Position numbers and translations under genes: made by a program. A stretch of DNA of 64,000 bases from an uncultured Desulfobacter sp. Lineage in GTDB: Bacteria > Desulfobacterota > Desulfobacteria > Desulfobacterales > Desulfobacteraceae. A model generated the notes under the pieces. The model was not told the origin of the DNA and made no database searches. It worked only from the letters and a program-made list of their open reading frames with translations. The stretch is taken from the NCBI GenBank assembly GCA_963665095.1, contig OY762069.1, positions 4,576,001 through 4,640,000 on the forward strand. The letters run 5' to 3'. Below, piece by piece: positions 19,673-33,538 of this stretch; the stretch's first letter is position 1, and each line of letters opens with the position of its first letter.

Positions 19673-22023
19673 AAAAAAGAACCGGACAGACCCATTTTAA
19701 AAGGCGTATGGGCATAACCATGGTTTTGGCCACGGTGGTTGCCGTGGGTATCATCCTCCTGATGTTTTCTACCCTTCCCCGGTTTGCAGACTGGTCAGCA
19801 GACTGTGAGGAAAAAGGAGAGCAGGCATTCCAATCCGGGGAATATGCTGCCGCTCTTGGATATTGGCTGAAATCTGAGAAAGGAACCGGAAACAGGCTGC
19901 AATTATATGAGAAAATAGCCTCAGCCAGCCTCAAACTCTCTAATCTTGATCTGGCAGAGACCTATTTAAAAAAAATTCTGGAGATAACATCCAACAATCT
20001 GGTCAGTCAAAAACAACTGATCCGGATCTACCTGCTTAAAGGTGATCTGATAAATGCGGAGAAAAATCTTTCCCAGCTCAAAACCAGTGGCAAAGCCGAT
20101 GATTATGAGATGATGATCCTCCGGGGTGATCTTTACCTGTTACAGGCAGACATGCCAAAAGCAGAATCTGCCTACAGGATCGCAGTTGATATGGCTCCGG
20201 ATATCTTGAGGCCTCAAATTAAGCTTGCCATCTGTTTGAATAAGCAGGGGAACCTTCCTTCAGATGGAACCGCGTCCCTTTCAGGCGTTGACGTCAATGC
20301 CATTACCTCAGCTGAAGACCTGATGCTGATGTCAGATTATTTTGCCCTTAAAAAAAGACTTCTCCTGGCAGAAGCGTGTATCCGAAAGGCCGTTGCCTTT
20401 GACCCGGGCAATCTTGAGATTAAAACACAGCTGTGCCGGTTCTATCTTTCATACGGCATGCTTCACAAGGCTGAGCAATATCTGGAACTGCTTTCCGGAC
20501 AGAACCCTGAACATCGCGGATTTCAACTCATGCTTACAGATGCCCGGTTGTCCTTGCTGCATATGGATCTGGCAGAAGAGATGCTTATCAGCCCAGACAT
20601 TAAAAGATTTGATGATGCAGGATATAATCTGCTCATGGGTAAATTCTGGTTATTCAAAGGCAGACATTCCCATGCTGTCTCTTATTTAAAATCAGCGCTG
20701 GAAAAAAATTTCGGAATGGCATCTGTTCATTATCTGCTGGGGGTCGCCTATTTTGCAGGCGGCCAGTTTAAACTGGCGGAAAAGGCACTGAACAACTCCC
20801 TTGCTGTCAGCCCAAACCACCCAGATCCCCTGCTGGCCATGGCGGCACTTCATTACAAGCAAAAAGAGTATGCACTTTCAGAGCAGTATCTGAATGATAT
20901 ATTTGCCATGGACCCGGCCAGCGCCCAGGCATGGCTGGTAAGGGGGCTGTGTCTCTTTGAACAGAAAGATTATGAAAAAGCCACCCAGGCCTTTTCCAAT
21001 GCATGGCACATGGGGGCGGGGCTCCAGGCCCTGTTCTTTCTGGGTCAGTCTTTTGAACACAGGCAAATGCCCAAGGAAGCCCTGAAGAGTTATGAATCCA
21101 TTCTTGAAAAATCTCCGGATCACTTTGAAGCACTGAACCGTTATTGCATGCTGCTGGCCGGAAACGGAGATCCGGACCGGGCAATCAGCGTAATTGAGGA
21201 GTGGCTTGATACAAAAAAGGGGGGAAGCCCAGGCCCTGAGATCCTTTACACAGGGGCAAAAATCTGTCTGCAGGCCAAAAAGCGGCACGCTTGCTGCCGG
21301 TTTCTTGATCTTGCCCGGCAAAAAAATTTATTCAGCGGGGACTTTTATATCCTCCAGGCTGATCTCTGGAAGGCAAGGGGAGAGGCAAAAAAACGCCTGG
21401 AAACCCTGACTGCCTGCACTGAAAACGAACCGCTGTTTTTAAAGGGATGGCAGATGCTGACAGACGATTATATTTCACAGAAAAACTTTACCCTGGCGGA
21501 GCAGACTCTGGAAAAGGCAGTGACCCATTTCCCGGATGACCCCGTACTGTCAGGAAATCTCGCGTGGCTTTTGCTTGAAAAAGAGCTGCCTGATACTGAC
21601 CGGGCCTTCAGGATGGCGCGTAAAGCCTATGACCATATGCAGCAGCCGTGGCTGATGGACACCCTGGGCTGGGCCTATTATCATAAAGGCAGATTTTCCC
21701 AGGCAGAATGGATGCTGACCCAGGCCCGGGAAAAACTTCCCGACAACGCAGCGGTCACCTGCCATCTCGGGATGGCGCTTTACAAACAGGGCCGGCTGTC
21801 AGAAGCCAAAAAAATACTGGAGAATGCAATGGAAATGAAAGGATTGTCTTCTGCCCAGCAAGACGACATTGAGCAGGTTTTTGAAATGTTCAAAAAGGTG
21901 GCTGATACAGACGATTCCACGGATCCTTTCAGTATTGCTCCGGACAATAGCGGACAGAACAAGGATACTTCAATGGGGGAAGATAGCCTGGATATGGATA
22001 TCGACAAACTATTTATTGAATAA
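19669..22023 (+). CDS. Membrane-anchored TPR protein (diverged PrsT-like)
   Basis: N-terminal TM, TPRs, GNLAWLL...MDTLGWAYYHKG and an acidic tail. Confidence 0.8.
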   Translation: MKKRTGQTHFKRRMGITMVLATVVAVGIILLMFSTLPRFADWSADCEEKGEQAFQSGEYAAALGYWLKSEKGTGNRLQLYEKIASASLKLSNLDLAETYLKKILEITSNNLVSQKQLIRIYLLKGDLINAEKNLSQLKTSGKADDYEMMILRGDLYLLQADMPKAESAYRIAVDMAPDILRPQIKLAICLNKQGNLPSDGTASLSGVDVNAITSAEDLMLMSDYFALKKRLLLAEACIRKAVAFDPGNLEIKTQLCRFYLSYGMLHKAEQYLELLSGQNPEHRGFQLMLTDARLSLLHMDLAEEMLISPDIKRFDDAGYNLLMGKFWLFKGRHSHAVSYLKSALEKNFGMASVHYLLGVAYFAGGQFKLAEKALNNSLAVSPNHPDPLLAMAALHYKQKEYALSEQYLNDIFAMDPASAQAWLVRGLCLFEQKDYEKATQAFSNAWHMGAGLQALFFLGQSFEHRQMPKEALKSYESILEKSPDHFEALNRYCMLLAGNGDPDRAISVIEEWLDTKKGGSPGPEILYTGAKICLQAKKRHACCRFLDLARQKNLFSGDFYILQADLWKARGEAKKRLETLTACTENEPLFLKGWQMLTDDYISQKNFTLAEQTLEKAVTHFPDDPVLSGNLAWLLLEKELPDTDRAFRMARKAYDHMQQPWLMDTLGWAYYHKGRFSQAEWMLTQAREKLPDNAAVTCHLGMALYKQGRLSEAKKILENAMEMKGLSSAQQDDIEQVFEMFKKVADTDDSTDPFSIAPDNSGQNKDTSMGEDSLDMDIDKLFIE

Positions 22024-23887
22024 CCACAATTTCCACACGACGGTTCATGGTACGTCCCCAGGCAGTTTTGTTTGACTGGATGGGTTTTTTGCCTCCCATC
22101 CCTACGACTTCCATCTGGTCGTTTTTAACGCCTACTCCGAGAAAATAGCTTTTAACTATGTTTGCCCTGAATTCAGACAGCCTTACATTATACGATTCAG
22201 ATCCAAGGTCGTCTGTATGGCCGGTGATCTTAATCCTGGCTTCCGGGTGGGCGGCCAGAATTTTTGAAAACCGGTTAAGGGCTTCCAGGCCTTCATCGGT
22301 AAAATCATTGGCATTATATTTAAAACGAATGAGAACAGGATCCTTGGGCAGCACCGGAAATATGTGAACCCCAGAATTTTCAACAGCTACTGATTCTGCC
22401 GAATCTGAAATGCCTTCCTTTGATCTGCTGTCCACCGCTTCAGGCGGGTTGGCCTCATCTGTTTCCCCCAAAGCGTCTGGCGATTTCAAAGATCTATTAT
22501 TTCCCGGGGGGGCATTTTGGATTGATGAGGTTTCAGGCAGAATCCTGGACTCAGGCCGGACAGGAACCACAACAACAGGGCTGTCCTGACCGTCTGCCTT
22601 CAGAGACCCATCTAAAGTTTCTTTCAGCCTTTTGGATTGTTCATCCTGTTGCCCCCCCTCATTAGAACTTTGATTATCTATCTGAGAAGGACTTTTAAGC
22701 CCTGAGTTTTCCGGTTTTGTTTCCGATGATCTCTCCGCCTCTTTTGAAAACCCCGGGATACCGCCATCTTTAACACCCTGCACGGTTGTTTCAATGCGAT
22801 ACCTTAAGTCAGCCGTGGTCTGGGCAAAATGCTCAGGAAACATAAAATACCAGGCAAAAATCGCAAATGCCATAAGCAGAAGGCCTTCAATCCATGGTAC
22901 GCCTCTTTTCCCTTCAGGAGGTACCGGTACCGGCGGTGGGGGTGACACCTGGGTATAGGCCCGGGGATGGGACGGGGCTGACGGGCTTCCAGCTGCTGTC
23001 TGGTTTTTTAAAGCAGGCCGGCTCTCCTTTGAAGGATCAGGCTCGTCATCGTAAAAGTCATTGACAGTCCTGTTTTTGACATATGCCGGTATTTTCAAAT
23101 CCCTGGCACATTCCCTGACTATTTTTGCATCAATGATCCGCTGATCTTTGACAAATCCTGACACAAGGGAGTGGTCGCACAGGATATTGATTCTTCGGGG
23201 AAACCCACCTGAATACAGATATATTTCCTGAACCGCATCCTGCCCAAAAATTATTTCGGTGGTGCCGGCAACCTTCAGACGGTGACAGATATAAGCTTCC
23301 ACCTCCTCTGATACCAAGGGCTCTATATTATAATTCAGGGTCATTCGCTGGCGCAGAGCACGGTTCTGGGTCCGATTCAGGACTTCATTGAATTCATTCT
23401 GCCCGATGAAAAAAATATTAATCAGCTTGGCATCTGCTTTTTCAATATTTGACAGCAGTCGTATCTCTTCAAGCATATCCTGGGACAGCAGCTGGGCTTC
23501 ATCAATAATCAGCAGCACCTTTTTATTGTTCTGGCTGGCCTGCATTAAGAAATTCCTGAAAACGCCCAGAAAGCCGCCCTTCGTCTGAAATTCCTGATTT
23601 ATACCGAATGCCGAGGCAATATAATTAAAAAAATCCATCCGTTCAAGATTCGGATCCGGTACTGAGGCACAAAGGATATCCTCCTTAAGCCCCTGAACCA
23701 GTGCATTTATCAACGAGGTTTTACCGGTACCCACATCGCCTGTGAGCAAAAGAAAGCCTTTATTGTCAAGAATCCCGTATCTAAGGATGGCTAACGCTTC
23801 TTTATGCTTCTCTCCAAACCATAAAAACCTGGGGTCGGAACTGATCTGAAACGGCTTGAACTTGAGATTGTAATATTCATTATACAT
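22013..23887 (-). CDS. ExeA/GspA-type AAA ATPase fused to a TM segment and an OmpA-like peptidoglycan-binding domain
   Basis: MYNEYYNLKFKPF, GDVGTGKT, LIIDEAQ, GFPRRINILCD, TM, GHTDDLG...NRRVE. Confidence 0.9.
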   Translation of the reverse strand: MYNEYYNLKFKPFQISSDPRFLWFGEKHKEALAILRYGILDNKGFLLLTGDVGTGKTSLINALVQGLKEDILCASVPDPNLERMDFFNYIASAFGINQEFQTKGGFLGVFRNFLMQASQNNKKVLLIIDEAQLLSQDMLEEIRLLSNIEKADAKLINIFFIGQNEFNEVLNRTQNRALRQRMTLNYNIEPLVSEEVEAYICHRLKVAGTTEIIFGQDAVQEIYLYSGGFPRRINILCDHSLVSGFVKDQRIIDAKIVRECARDLKIPAYVKNRTVNDFYDDEPDPSKESRPALKNQTAAGSPSAPSHPRAYTQVSPPPPVPVPPEGKRGVPWIEGLLLMAFAIFAWYFMFPEHFAQTTADLRYRIETTVQGVKDGGIPGFSKEAERSSETKPENSGLKSPSQIDNQSSNEGGQQDEQSKRLKETLDGSLKADGQDSPVVVVPVRPESRILPETSSIQNAPPGNNRSLKSPDALGETDEANPPEAVDSRSKEGISDSAESVAVENSGVHIFPVLPKDPVLIRFKYNANDFTDEGLEALNRFSKILAAHPEARIKITGHTDDLGSESYNVRLSEFRANIVKSYFLGVGVKNDQMEVVGMGGKKPIQSNKTAWGRTMNRRVEIVVIQ

Positions 23888-25044
23888 TATAAGCTCTGAA
23901 GGTACTCCATGTCTCTGGGCTGGGTGTTTTTGGTGCCAATAAGAACCACTTCAGTCCGGTTGGGGTGTTTTGAAAAATAGAGGCGGCCGTTATAAGCAAA
24001 CAAAACTTCAAAACAGGTGGTTTTATGTTTTTTCCCGGAAAAGACTTTTCGTTTGATGGTTACCGAGTCAGGGTCGGTGTCCAGCTGAAAAACAATCTCC
24101 TCCGCTTTGATCTGCAGATCTTCTGTCAGATTCATAAAACCATCCATGGCCTTTTTGCTCATTTCAACATTTTTATACAACGCGCTGAACCTTTTGGAAA
24201 AAAAATCAAAATCACTGCGCTTTGACTTTATTCCCTTTTTACGCTCATATTTTTCAATGGCCGATTTAAGTTCAGTAATTTCATTTTCCTGGCTGTTTTT
24301 CAACTCAATAAATGAATTGATCTGTTCTTCAAGGGTGACAATCTCGTTGAACATCTCATCTTCATTGACCTTGGCTTTATCCTTGTCTTTCTGGTACTTC
24401 TCATTGAGAATCCGAATATTTTCAAACAAATGCTTTCTTTCAGAACTTAAATGACGGACCATCTCTTCATGGCGGCGTTCATCCTGTTTTAAATTCTCAA
24501 TCAGTTTTTTCTGCTTCTGCCTGTCTTTTTCCGCCTTCCGGCTCCCCCTTTTATAAAACAGAAACAAAATGCAGAAAGAGACAGCGGAGTACAGTGCCAG
24601 AACAGCATTGGAAAGGGCTGCACCATGATTTAAGTACAGATGGACTTTTGGCTTAAGATCTGAGTTCAAAATCTCAAAGTTTTCCTGGGCAACTTTTTGT
24701 GAATTCAGATATGATTCCGGCTCATTGGACTTCCCCTCTTCAGAATTAATAACCGTCGGGTAGATGATCCGTCCCTGTTCAGTGACAATCTGGACGTCAA
24801 GGACAATCCCTCCTTTGCGGAGCAATAAATCCTGGTCCAGCAGGCTCTGAATATTCTTCGCAATCTGATCCTCAATACGGACAGACCCGTTTAGAAGCGG
24901 AGTGGCGTTAGCAATAAATACATTCTGGATTTTCTGAAGATAAAAGGCCTCCAGCCGGTTCTGGCACCCTGTTATCGTGGCAATATACAACACCGGGGTC
25001 AGAACAAGACAGAGTATGGCAGTTTTAAACGGAAAAAAATTCAT
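23887..25044 (-). CDS. Hypothetical membrane protein: 2 TM, coiled coil, RelE/ParE-like C-terminal domain
   Basis: Two hydrophobic segments, a K/E-rich coil and VEMSKKAMDGF...FEVLFAYNGRLYFSKHPNRTEVVLIGTKN. Confidence 0.7.
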   Translation of the reverse strand: MNFFPFKTAILCLVLTPVLYIATITGCQNRLEAFYLQKIQNVFIANATPLLNGSVRIEDQIAKNIQSLLDQDLLLRKGGIVLDVQIVTEQGRIIYPTVINSEEGKSNEPESYLNSQKVAQENFEILNSDLKPKVHLYLNHGAALSNAVLALYSAVSFCILFLFYKRGSRKAEKDRQKQKKLIENLKQDERRHEEMVRHLSSERKHLFENIRILNEKYQKDKDKAKVNEDEMFNEIVTLEEQINSFIELKNSQENEITELKSAIEKYERKKGIKSKRSDFDFFSKRFSALYKNVEMSKKAMDGFMNLTEDLQIKAEEIVFQLDTDPDSVTIKRKVFSGKKHKTTCFEVLFAYNGRLYFSKHPNRTEVVLIGTKNTQPRDMEYLQSL

Positions 25045-25139
25045 GGGTTTGGTTCCGGAGGTCAACAACGGCGCGGATCAGCCTGTCTTGGCTGGCATCA
25101 CGTTACGCATACCAAAAAACAACATGTGAACATATATCT

Positions 25140-25727
25140 TTATGCCTGCTTATAGCGGTCCTTTGAAGGAATTATGATATCATAATAAGCGTCCCTGCTT
25201 CCTTCCTTTTTTTTAAACTGCACGGTACCATTGAGCTTATTTTTTGCAAGATAAAAATCGGGTGCCAGTTTTGACGGGTCTGAAACAGACAACGTGTCCT
25301 GGTAAACAATACATAAATGGCCCTCAACAATGGATGCCTTAATGTGGATTAAAGGCGCACCGGTACCGGAGACCGAACTTTCAACCAGCTTTTCCAGCAT
25401 CGTAAAGACCGGATTAAACCCACACCTGAACGGTCCGCCGTCAGAATCTTTAAAGCTTATTTCAAACGTTACATCACCATATTTGGCACCAAGCTTTTTA
25501 AACAACAATGCCATGTCCAGAATTTCCGGCTGAAACATCTCCCGGCTTTCACCGTAAATGGCCTCAATCATCTCCGTTTCAACCGCCTGGATTTTCTCAC
25601 ACAACGCGTCAGGGATCACCATGACCTCCTTATTACGTTTATCCAGAGAGCCCATGGTTAATACGCCGTGCTGTTCCTTTATCCAGATCCCTTTTTCAAA
25701 TAAGGGTTTCTTTTGTTTCGGATCCAT
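25140..25727 (-). CDS. Hypothetical protein, possibly a degenerate HATPase-like fold
   Basis: GGAG RBS; LEKLVESSV...IHIKASIVEGHLCIVYQD...LAKNKLNGTV...YDIIIP has the HATPase layout without the N/G boxes. Confidence 0.6.
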   Translation of the reverse strand: MDPKQKKPLFEKGIWIKEQHGVLTMGSLDKRNKEVMVIPDALCEKIQAVETEMIEAIYGESREMFQPEILDMALLFKKLGAKYGDVTFEISFKDSDGGPFRCGFNPVFTMLEKLVESSVSGTGAPLIHIKASIVEGHLCIVYQDTLSVSDPSKLAPDFYLAKNKLNGTVQFKKKEGSRDAYYDIIIPSKDRYKQA

Positions 25728-25907
25728 ATATCTTCTCCATCCATGGTTGATGTAGAATAAGAATTTAAACATGGAAACAGTAGGTTACAAGGGTACCTGC
25801 ATCTATTAAAAAGCGCAAGAATTTTATCCGTGGAGACCTCCTGGCAAACCAGAGCCCAATGCTGCAATACAAGGAGTCGGCATACCTGATACACCCTGCC
25901 ATTTCTC

Positions 25908-25936
25908 TTGATAAATCAAATATTTTATTATAGACT
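25908..25936 (+). promoter_or_regulatory. Sigma-70 promoter of dnaN
   Basis: TTGATA-N17-TAGACT. Confidence 0.6.
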
Positions 25937-25972
25937 TACTCGGATCAACAGATGATAAGAAAAGGATTTTAA

Positions 25973-29517
<3,545 letters not shown>

Positions 29518-29573
29518 TTTCAAAAAGCTGGAAACGTAATTAAGAATATAGATCCCCAAAAGGAGTATTAAAT

Positions 29574-30098
29574 ATGGCAGGTTTAAATAAGGTTATTCTC
29601 ATCGGCAACCTTGGACGAGATCCTGAAATTCGTTATTCTCAGCAGGGCTTGGCTGTGGTGAATTTTCCCATAGCCACCACAGAAGCCTGGACGGATCGAA
29701 ATACAGGGGAGCGCCAGGAAAAAACTGAATGGCACAAGATCGTGGTTTTTGGTAAACAGGCTGAAACCTGTGAAAAATACCTATCAAAGGGCCGGCAGGT
29801 TTATGTGGAAGGCCGGCTGCAGACACGCTCCTGGGAGAAAGACGGGCAGACCCACTATACAACAGAAATCGTGGTTTCTAACTTTATGTTCCTTGGCGGA
29901 CGCGGAGACAACAACCAGGGTGGCGGCGGGTACCAGGGCGGAGGCGGGTACCAGGGGAAACCGGTCAGATCAGAGCCAGGAAACGGCTATCCCCAGAACC
30001 GACCGGCCCCCAATTCAGATAATTTTCAGGGCCATACACAGCCCGGCATGCCTGATGGATATGACAACACCATCCCGGACGATGACATCCCCTTCTGA
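29574..30098 (+). CDS. ssb: Single-stranded DNA-binding protein
   Basis: [18 protein letters not shown] and a DDDIPF tail. Confidence 0.97.
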   Translation: MAGLNKVILIGNLGRDPEIRYSQQGLAVVNFPIATTEAWTDRNTGERQEKTEWHKIVVFGKQAETCEKYLSKGRQVYVEGRLQTRSWEKDGQTHYTTEIVVSNFMFLGGRGDNNQGGGGYQGGGGYQGKPVRSEPGNGYPQNRPAPNSDNFQGHTQPGMPDGYDNTIPDDDIPF

Positions 30099-30127
30099 CA
30101 TTACCCTGGCCGTCGCAAACACATTCT

Positions 30128-30154
30128 AAAGAGCCCTGTTACAGGGCTCTTTTT
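30128..30154 (+). terminator. Intrinsic terminator
   Basis: AAAGAGCCCTG-TTA-CAGGGCTCTTTTT. Confidence 0.85.
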
Positions 30155-30476
30155 GTTTTCCGTCCTATCCTGGAAAGACCGACCATGCAGTGCAGCAGAT
30201 GATATTCTATTGGCCTGTCAGGAAAGTTCATCACCCTTGACATTCCAATCATTAATCACTTATGATAGGAACACTTTTTTAAGGCGCACCGACACTGATG
30301 AAAATGCAGGAGATGGGAGCCTGCCGGGTTTTCAAACAAGCTTTTCAAAAAATTTCATCGCTTATCATGAACGCGATGAAATGATATGTATCCAGTTGTA
30401 GCTTTTTCAGGCTTTCATCAACAAGCCTGCCACATAAGGGCATACCCCAGAACGTATTCAAAGCAATAGAGGTGAC

Positions 30477-30956
30477 ATGGAACATATTGTAGGTGTAGCA
30501 GACATGAAAGTCAGCAATCAGGCAGGAGACACCATTGTAACATACTCACTTGGTTCCTGTATCGGGCTTGCGATATATGATCCCAAAGCCAGGGTAGGGG
30601 GAGTGCTTCATTATATGCTGCCAGACTCTACCATTGATGAGAACAAGGCCCAAAATAATCCCTTCATGTTCGCTAATACCGGGATTCCCACACTGTTTAA
30701 ACAGGTATATATGCTGGGTGCTGATAAATCCAGGATCAGAGTTTTTGTGGCCGGAGGCGCTGAAATCATGGATCAGGAGGGCGTGTTTAATATTGGACGG
30801 CGCAATTATACGGCCCTGATGCAGATATTGACCCGGAACAATATTTCCATCTGGAAACAGGCTGTGGGGGGCAATTCAAACCGCACCATCAGAATGGACA
30901 TCACCACCGGTAACATCCATTTGAAAACATCCGGACAGGGTGAGGTGCAATTATGA
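30477..30956 (+). CDS. cheD: Chemoreceptor glutamine deamidase CheD
   Basis: TYSLGSCIG, LHYMLP, VAGGA, IGRRN and VGGNSNR motifs. Confidence 0.93.
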   Translation: MEHIVGVADMKVSNQAGDTIVTYSLGSCIGLAIYDPKARVGGVLHYMLPDSTIDENKAQNNPFMFANTGIPTLFKQVYMLGADKSRIRVFVAGGAEIMDQEGVFNIGRRNYTALMQILTRNNISIWKQAVGGNSNRTIRMDITTGNIHLKTSGQGEVQL

Positions 30957-31801
30957 TAAACCTCCAGGATCTGGTCAGGGAAATAAAAAATTTAACACCC
31001 ATCCCTGCTGTGGTCATGACCTTGCTGGACGTGGTGGAAGACCCCAACAAGACCATGGACGATGTCACCAATATTATTCAGTATGATCCGGCCATCACCG
31101 CTGATGTGCTTCGAACAGCCAACTCTGCATACTTTGGCTTAAAATACCCGGCTGAAACCATCACAGAAGCGGCCAGAATGCTGGGTACGGACCGACTTGT
31201 TGAGCTTGTTTTACTGAAAGTGGCTTCCAAGGTAACAAAAGGACCGCTTGGGGGATACGATCTTCACGAAGGGGCTTTGTGGAAGTATTCTGTATCATCA
31301 GCCATTATCGCCAAACAGGTGGCAGCGAAGATGGACCTGCCCCATAAATGCAGCATCTTCACCGCATCCCTTCTCAAAGATATCGGCAAAACTGTTATGG
31401 ATAAATATGTCCAGGACGCCTATGAAACAATTTCCAGCCTGGTCATGAATGAAAACTTCAGCTTCATGGAAGCAGAAAAAAAGGTACTTGGTGTAGACCA
31501 CGCAGAACTGGGCGGGATGATTGCCAAAATGTGGAAATTCTCTCCCAAAATGGTAAAAATCATCCGCAATCACCACCTCACCAGTGAAACCATGGTCAGA
31601 GATAAAGATATTGCCGTAGTCTACCTTGCCGACTGCATCTGTATGATGATGGGCATGGGGGTTGGTGCCGACGGCCTGGCATACAGGTTCCACCACCAGG
31701 CCATGGAGCATATTGGTATTTCAGCAGACGATACCGTAAAAATCATTGCTGATTTCGCCCTTCAAATGCAGGAATTAGAAAAGCTGTTACAGATTTCCTG
31801 A
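30953..31801 (+). CDS. HDOD domain protein
   Basis: DPAITADVLRTANSAYFG, LLKDIGK and HAELGGMIAKMWKF motifs. Confidence 0.9.
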   Translation: MINLQDLVREIKNLTPIPAVVMTLLDVVEDPNKTMDDVTNIIQYDPAITADVLRTANSAYFGLKYPAETITEAARMLGTDRLVELVLLKVASKVTKGPLGGYDLHEGALWKYSVSSAIIAKQVAAKMDLPHKCSIFTASLLKDIGKTVMDKYVQDAYETISSLVMNENFSFMEAEKKVLGVDHAELGGMIAKMWKFSPKMVKIIRNHHLTSETMVRDKDIAVVYLADCICMMMGMGVGADGLAYRFHHQAMEHIGISADDTVKIIADFALQMQELEKLLQIS

Positions 31802-31831
31802 GCTGTCGGGCACCAGGCAGACTGCCTGGTG

Positions 31832-33421
31832 CTATCTGCGCACCTCAATCCCCTCCTGAGCCAGATGCGCCTTAACCGACTGAATGGGGACCTCTTCCCT
31901 GTGGAAAATACCAGCAGCCAGGGCGGCTTCCGCTTTGGTCTTTTTAAACACTTCTGAAAAGTGCGCCTCGCACCCGGCCCCGGAAGAGGCGATCACGGGT
32001 ATCGTCACATGGCTGCGCACGGCATTGATCAGATCAAGATCAAATCCCGAATTAGTGCCGTCTTTATCTATGCAGTTTAAAAGAATTTCTCCGGCACCAA
32101 GTTCCTCACATGCCGTTGCCAGGGCAACCGCATCAAGATCCATGGCCTTGCGCCCGCCGCTGACCGTGCACTGGTACCAGCAGAAAGTTTCGCCATTGGG
32201 CCCCGTCTCCCCGGAGGTCACAGGCATGACATGATGCTTTGGGGCATCATCCGCACTTTTAACCCAGACTCTTCTCGGATCAACGGAAATCACCACAGCC
32301 TGGGCACCATAAACCCTTGAAATTTCTTCGATGGCTGATTTCCCGGTTTTTTCCCCGGTTTCAAGATATGCCATGGCAATGGTGACCGCATCGGATCCAA
32401 TGGAAATCTTGTCTGCACCGGCTCTGAAATACCTGGTTGCGACATCCAGAGAGGAGTAGTGCCGGCCGTCTGTATCGGTGAATTCCCGGATGCCTCCGCC
32501 GATGGTCAATGGAACAAACACCTGTTTTGAGGTCTCTTCCAGCACCTGGAGCATGGGCATGTCCTCCAGCGGAAAGTCCCGGAATCCTGTAATATTCAAA
32601 AAGGTAATCTCGTCCGCCCCCTGTTCGTAATACTTTTTGGCCAGGGCCACGGGCTTGCCAAGATTTCTGACATTACCCTCTTCCCGGACATCGTACTGGT
32701 CCCCTTTGGTGACCACAAGGTCGCCATTATCGTTGGACCGGACATCTAGACAGGCGATCACCCTTTTGGACAGACCTCTGGAGGGAACGTCTGCCGGCCC
32801 CCGGGCCCGAAGACTGTCTGAATGAATAAAATTATCCAGCAGTGTCATGCCGGCAGCTCCGCTTTTTTCAGGGTGAAACTGGGTGCCGATGACATTGCCC
32901 TGCTGAACAGCCGAGGCATACGGGTAGTCATAGGTGGTAGTGGTGAGCACCACATCAGGGTCGTCAGGTACGATATGGTAAGAATGAACAAAATAAAATT
33001 TGGTATCCGGGTCAACACCGTCAAGAAAAGGGGAATCCTGTTTGATATGAATCCCGTTCCAGCCAATGTGTGGAACAGACAGCTCGGTTCTGAAGCGTTT
33101 GACCCGGCCTTTAAAAAAGGCAATGCTCTCATTGGGAACCAGCTCTTCCTCACTGCCTTCAAAAAGTGCCTGCATGCCCACACAAATCCCTAAAAAGGGT
33201 CTGTCCGCCGCCAGATACTCTCGCAGCGGCGCAACAAACCCGCGCTCGTGCAGGATCTCAAGCATGGCTCCATAGTTTCCCACGCCCGGAAAAATAAGTT
33301 TTTCAGCCTTCAGGATATCATCCGGTGTTTCAACCATTTTGACCCGGCCACCCATTTTCTCCACAGCATTGATCAGGCTGCGCACATTGCCGGCCCCATA
33401 GTCTAATACGGTAACTCTCAT
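31832..33421 (-). CDS. hisHF: Bifunctional imidazole glycerol phosphate synthase (HisH-HisF fusion)
   Basis: Glutaminase motifs LDYGAGN, GICVGMQ and QFHPEKS fused to cyclase motifs RVIACLDVRSNDNGDLVVTKGDQYDV and NCIDKDG. Confidence 0.95.
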   Translation of the reverse strand: MRVTVLDYGAGNVRSLINAVEKMGGRVKMVETPDDILKAEKLIFPGVGNYGAMLEILHERGFVAPLREYLAADRPFLGICVGMQALFEGSEEELVPNESIAFFKGRVKRFRTELSVPHIGWNGIHIKQDSPFLDGVDPDTKFYFVHSYHIVPDDPDVVLTTTTYDYPYASAVQQGNVIGTQFHPEKSGAAGMTLLDNFIHSDSLRARGPADVPSRGLSKRVIACLDVRSNDNGDLVVTKGDQYDVREEGNVRNLGKPVALAKKYYEQGADEITFLNITGFRDFPLEDMPMLQVLEETSKQVFVPLTIGGGIREFTDTDGRHYSSLDVATRYFRAGADKISIGSDAVTIAMAYLETGEKTGKSAIEEISRVYGAQAVVISVDPRRVWVKSADDAPKHHVMPVTSGETGPNGETFCWYQCTVSGGRKAMDLDAVALATACEELGAGEILLNCIDKDGTNSGFDLDLINAVRSHVTIPVIASSGAGCEAHFSEVFKKTKAEAALAAGIFHREEVPIQSVKAHLAQEGIEVRR

Positions 33422-33538
33422 TCTTTTATTCCAACCACTTTTTATTTAAACCTTTTTACGCTACCCCGCAGCAAAACACCAACTCCCCAGAAACAAAAAA
33501 AGCAGGATAGCCCAATTTCCAACAGGTGTCCACCCGCG

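Noticed and set aside
29915..29960. Tandem GGCGGGTACCAGGG repeat
   Set aside because: Encodes the ordinary GGGYQ linker of SSB
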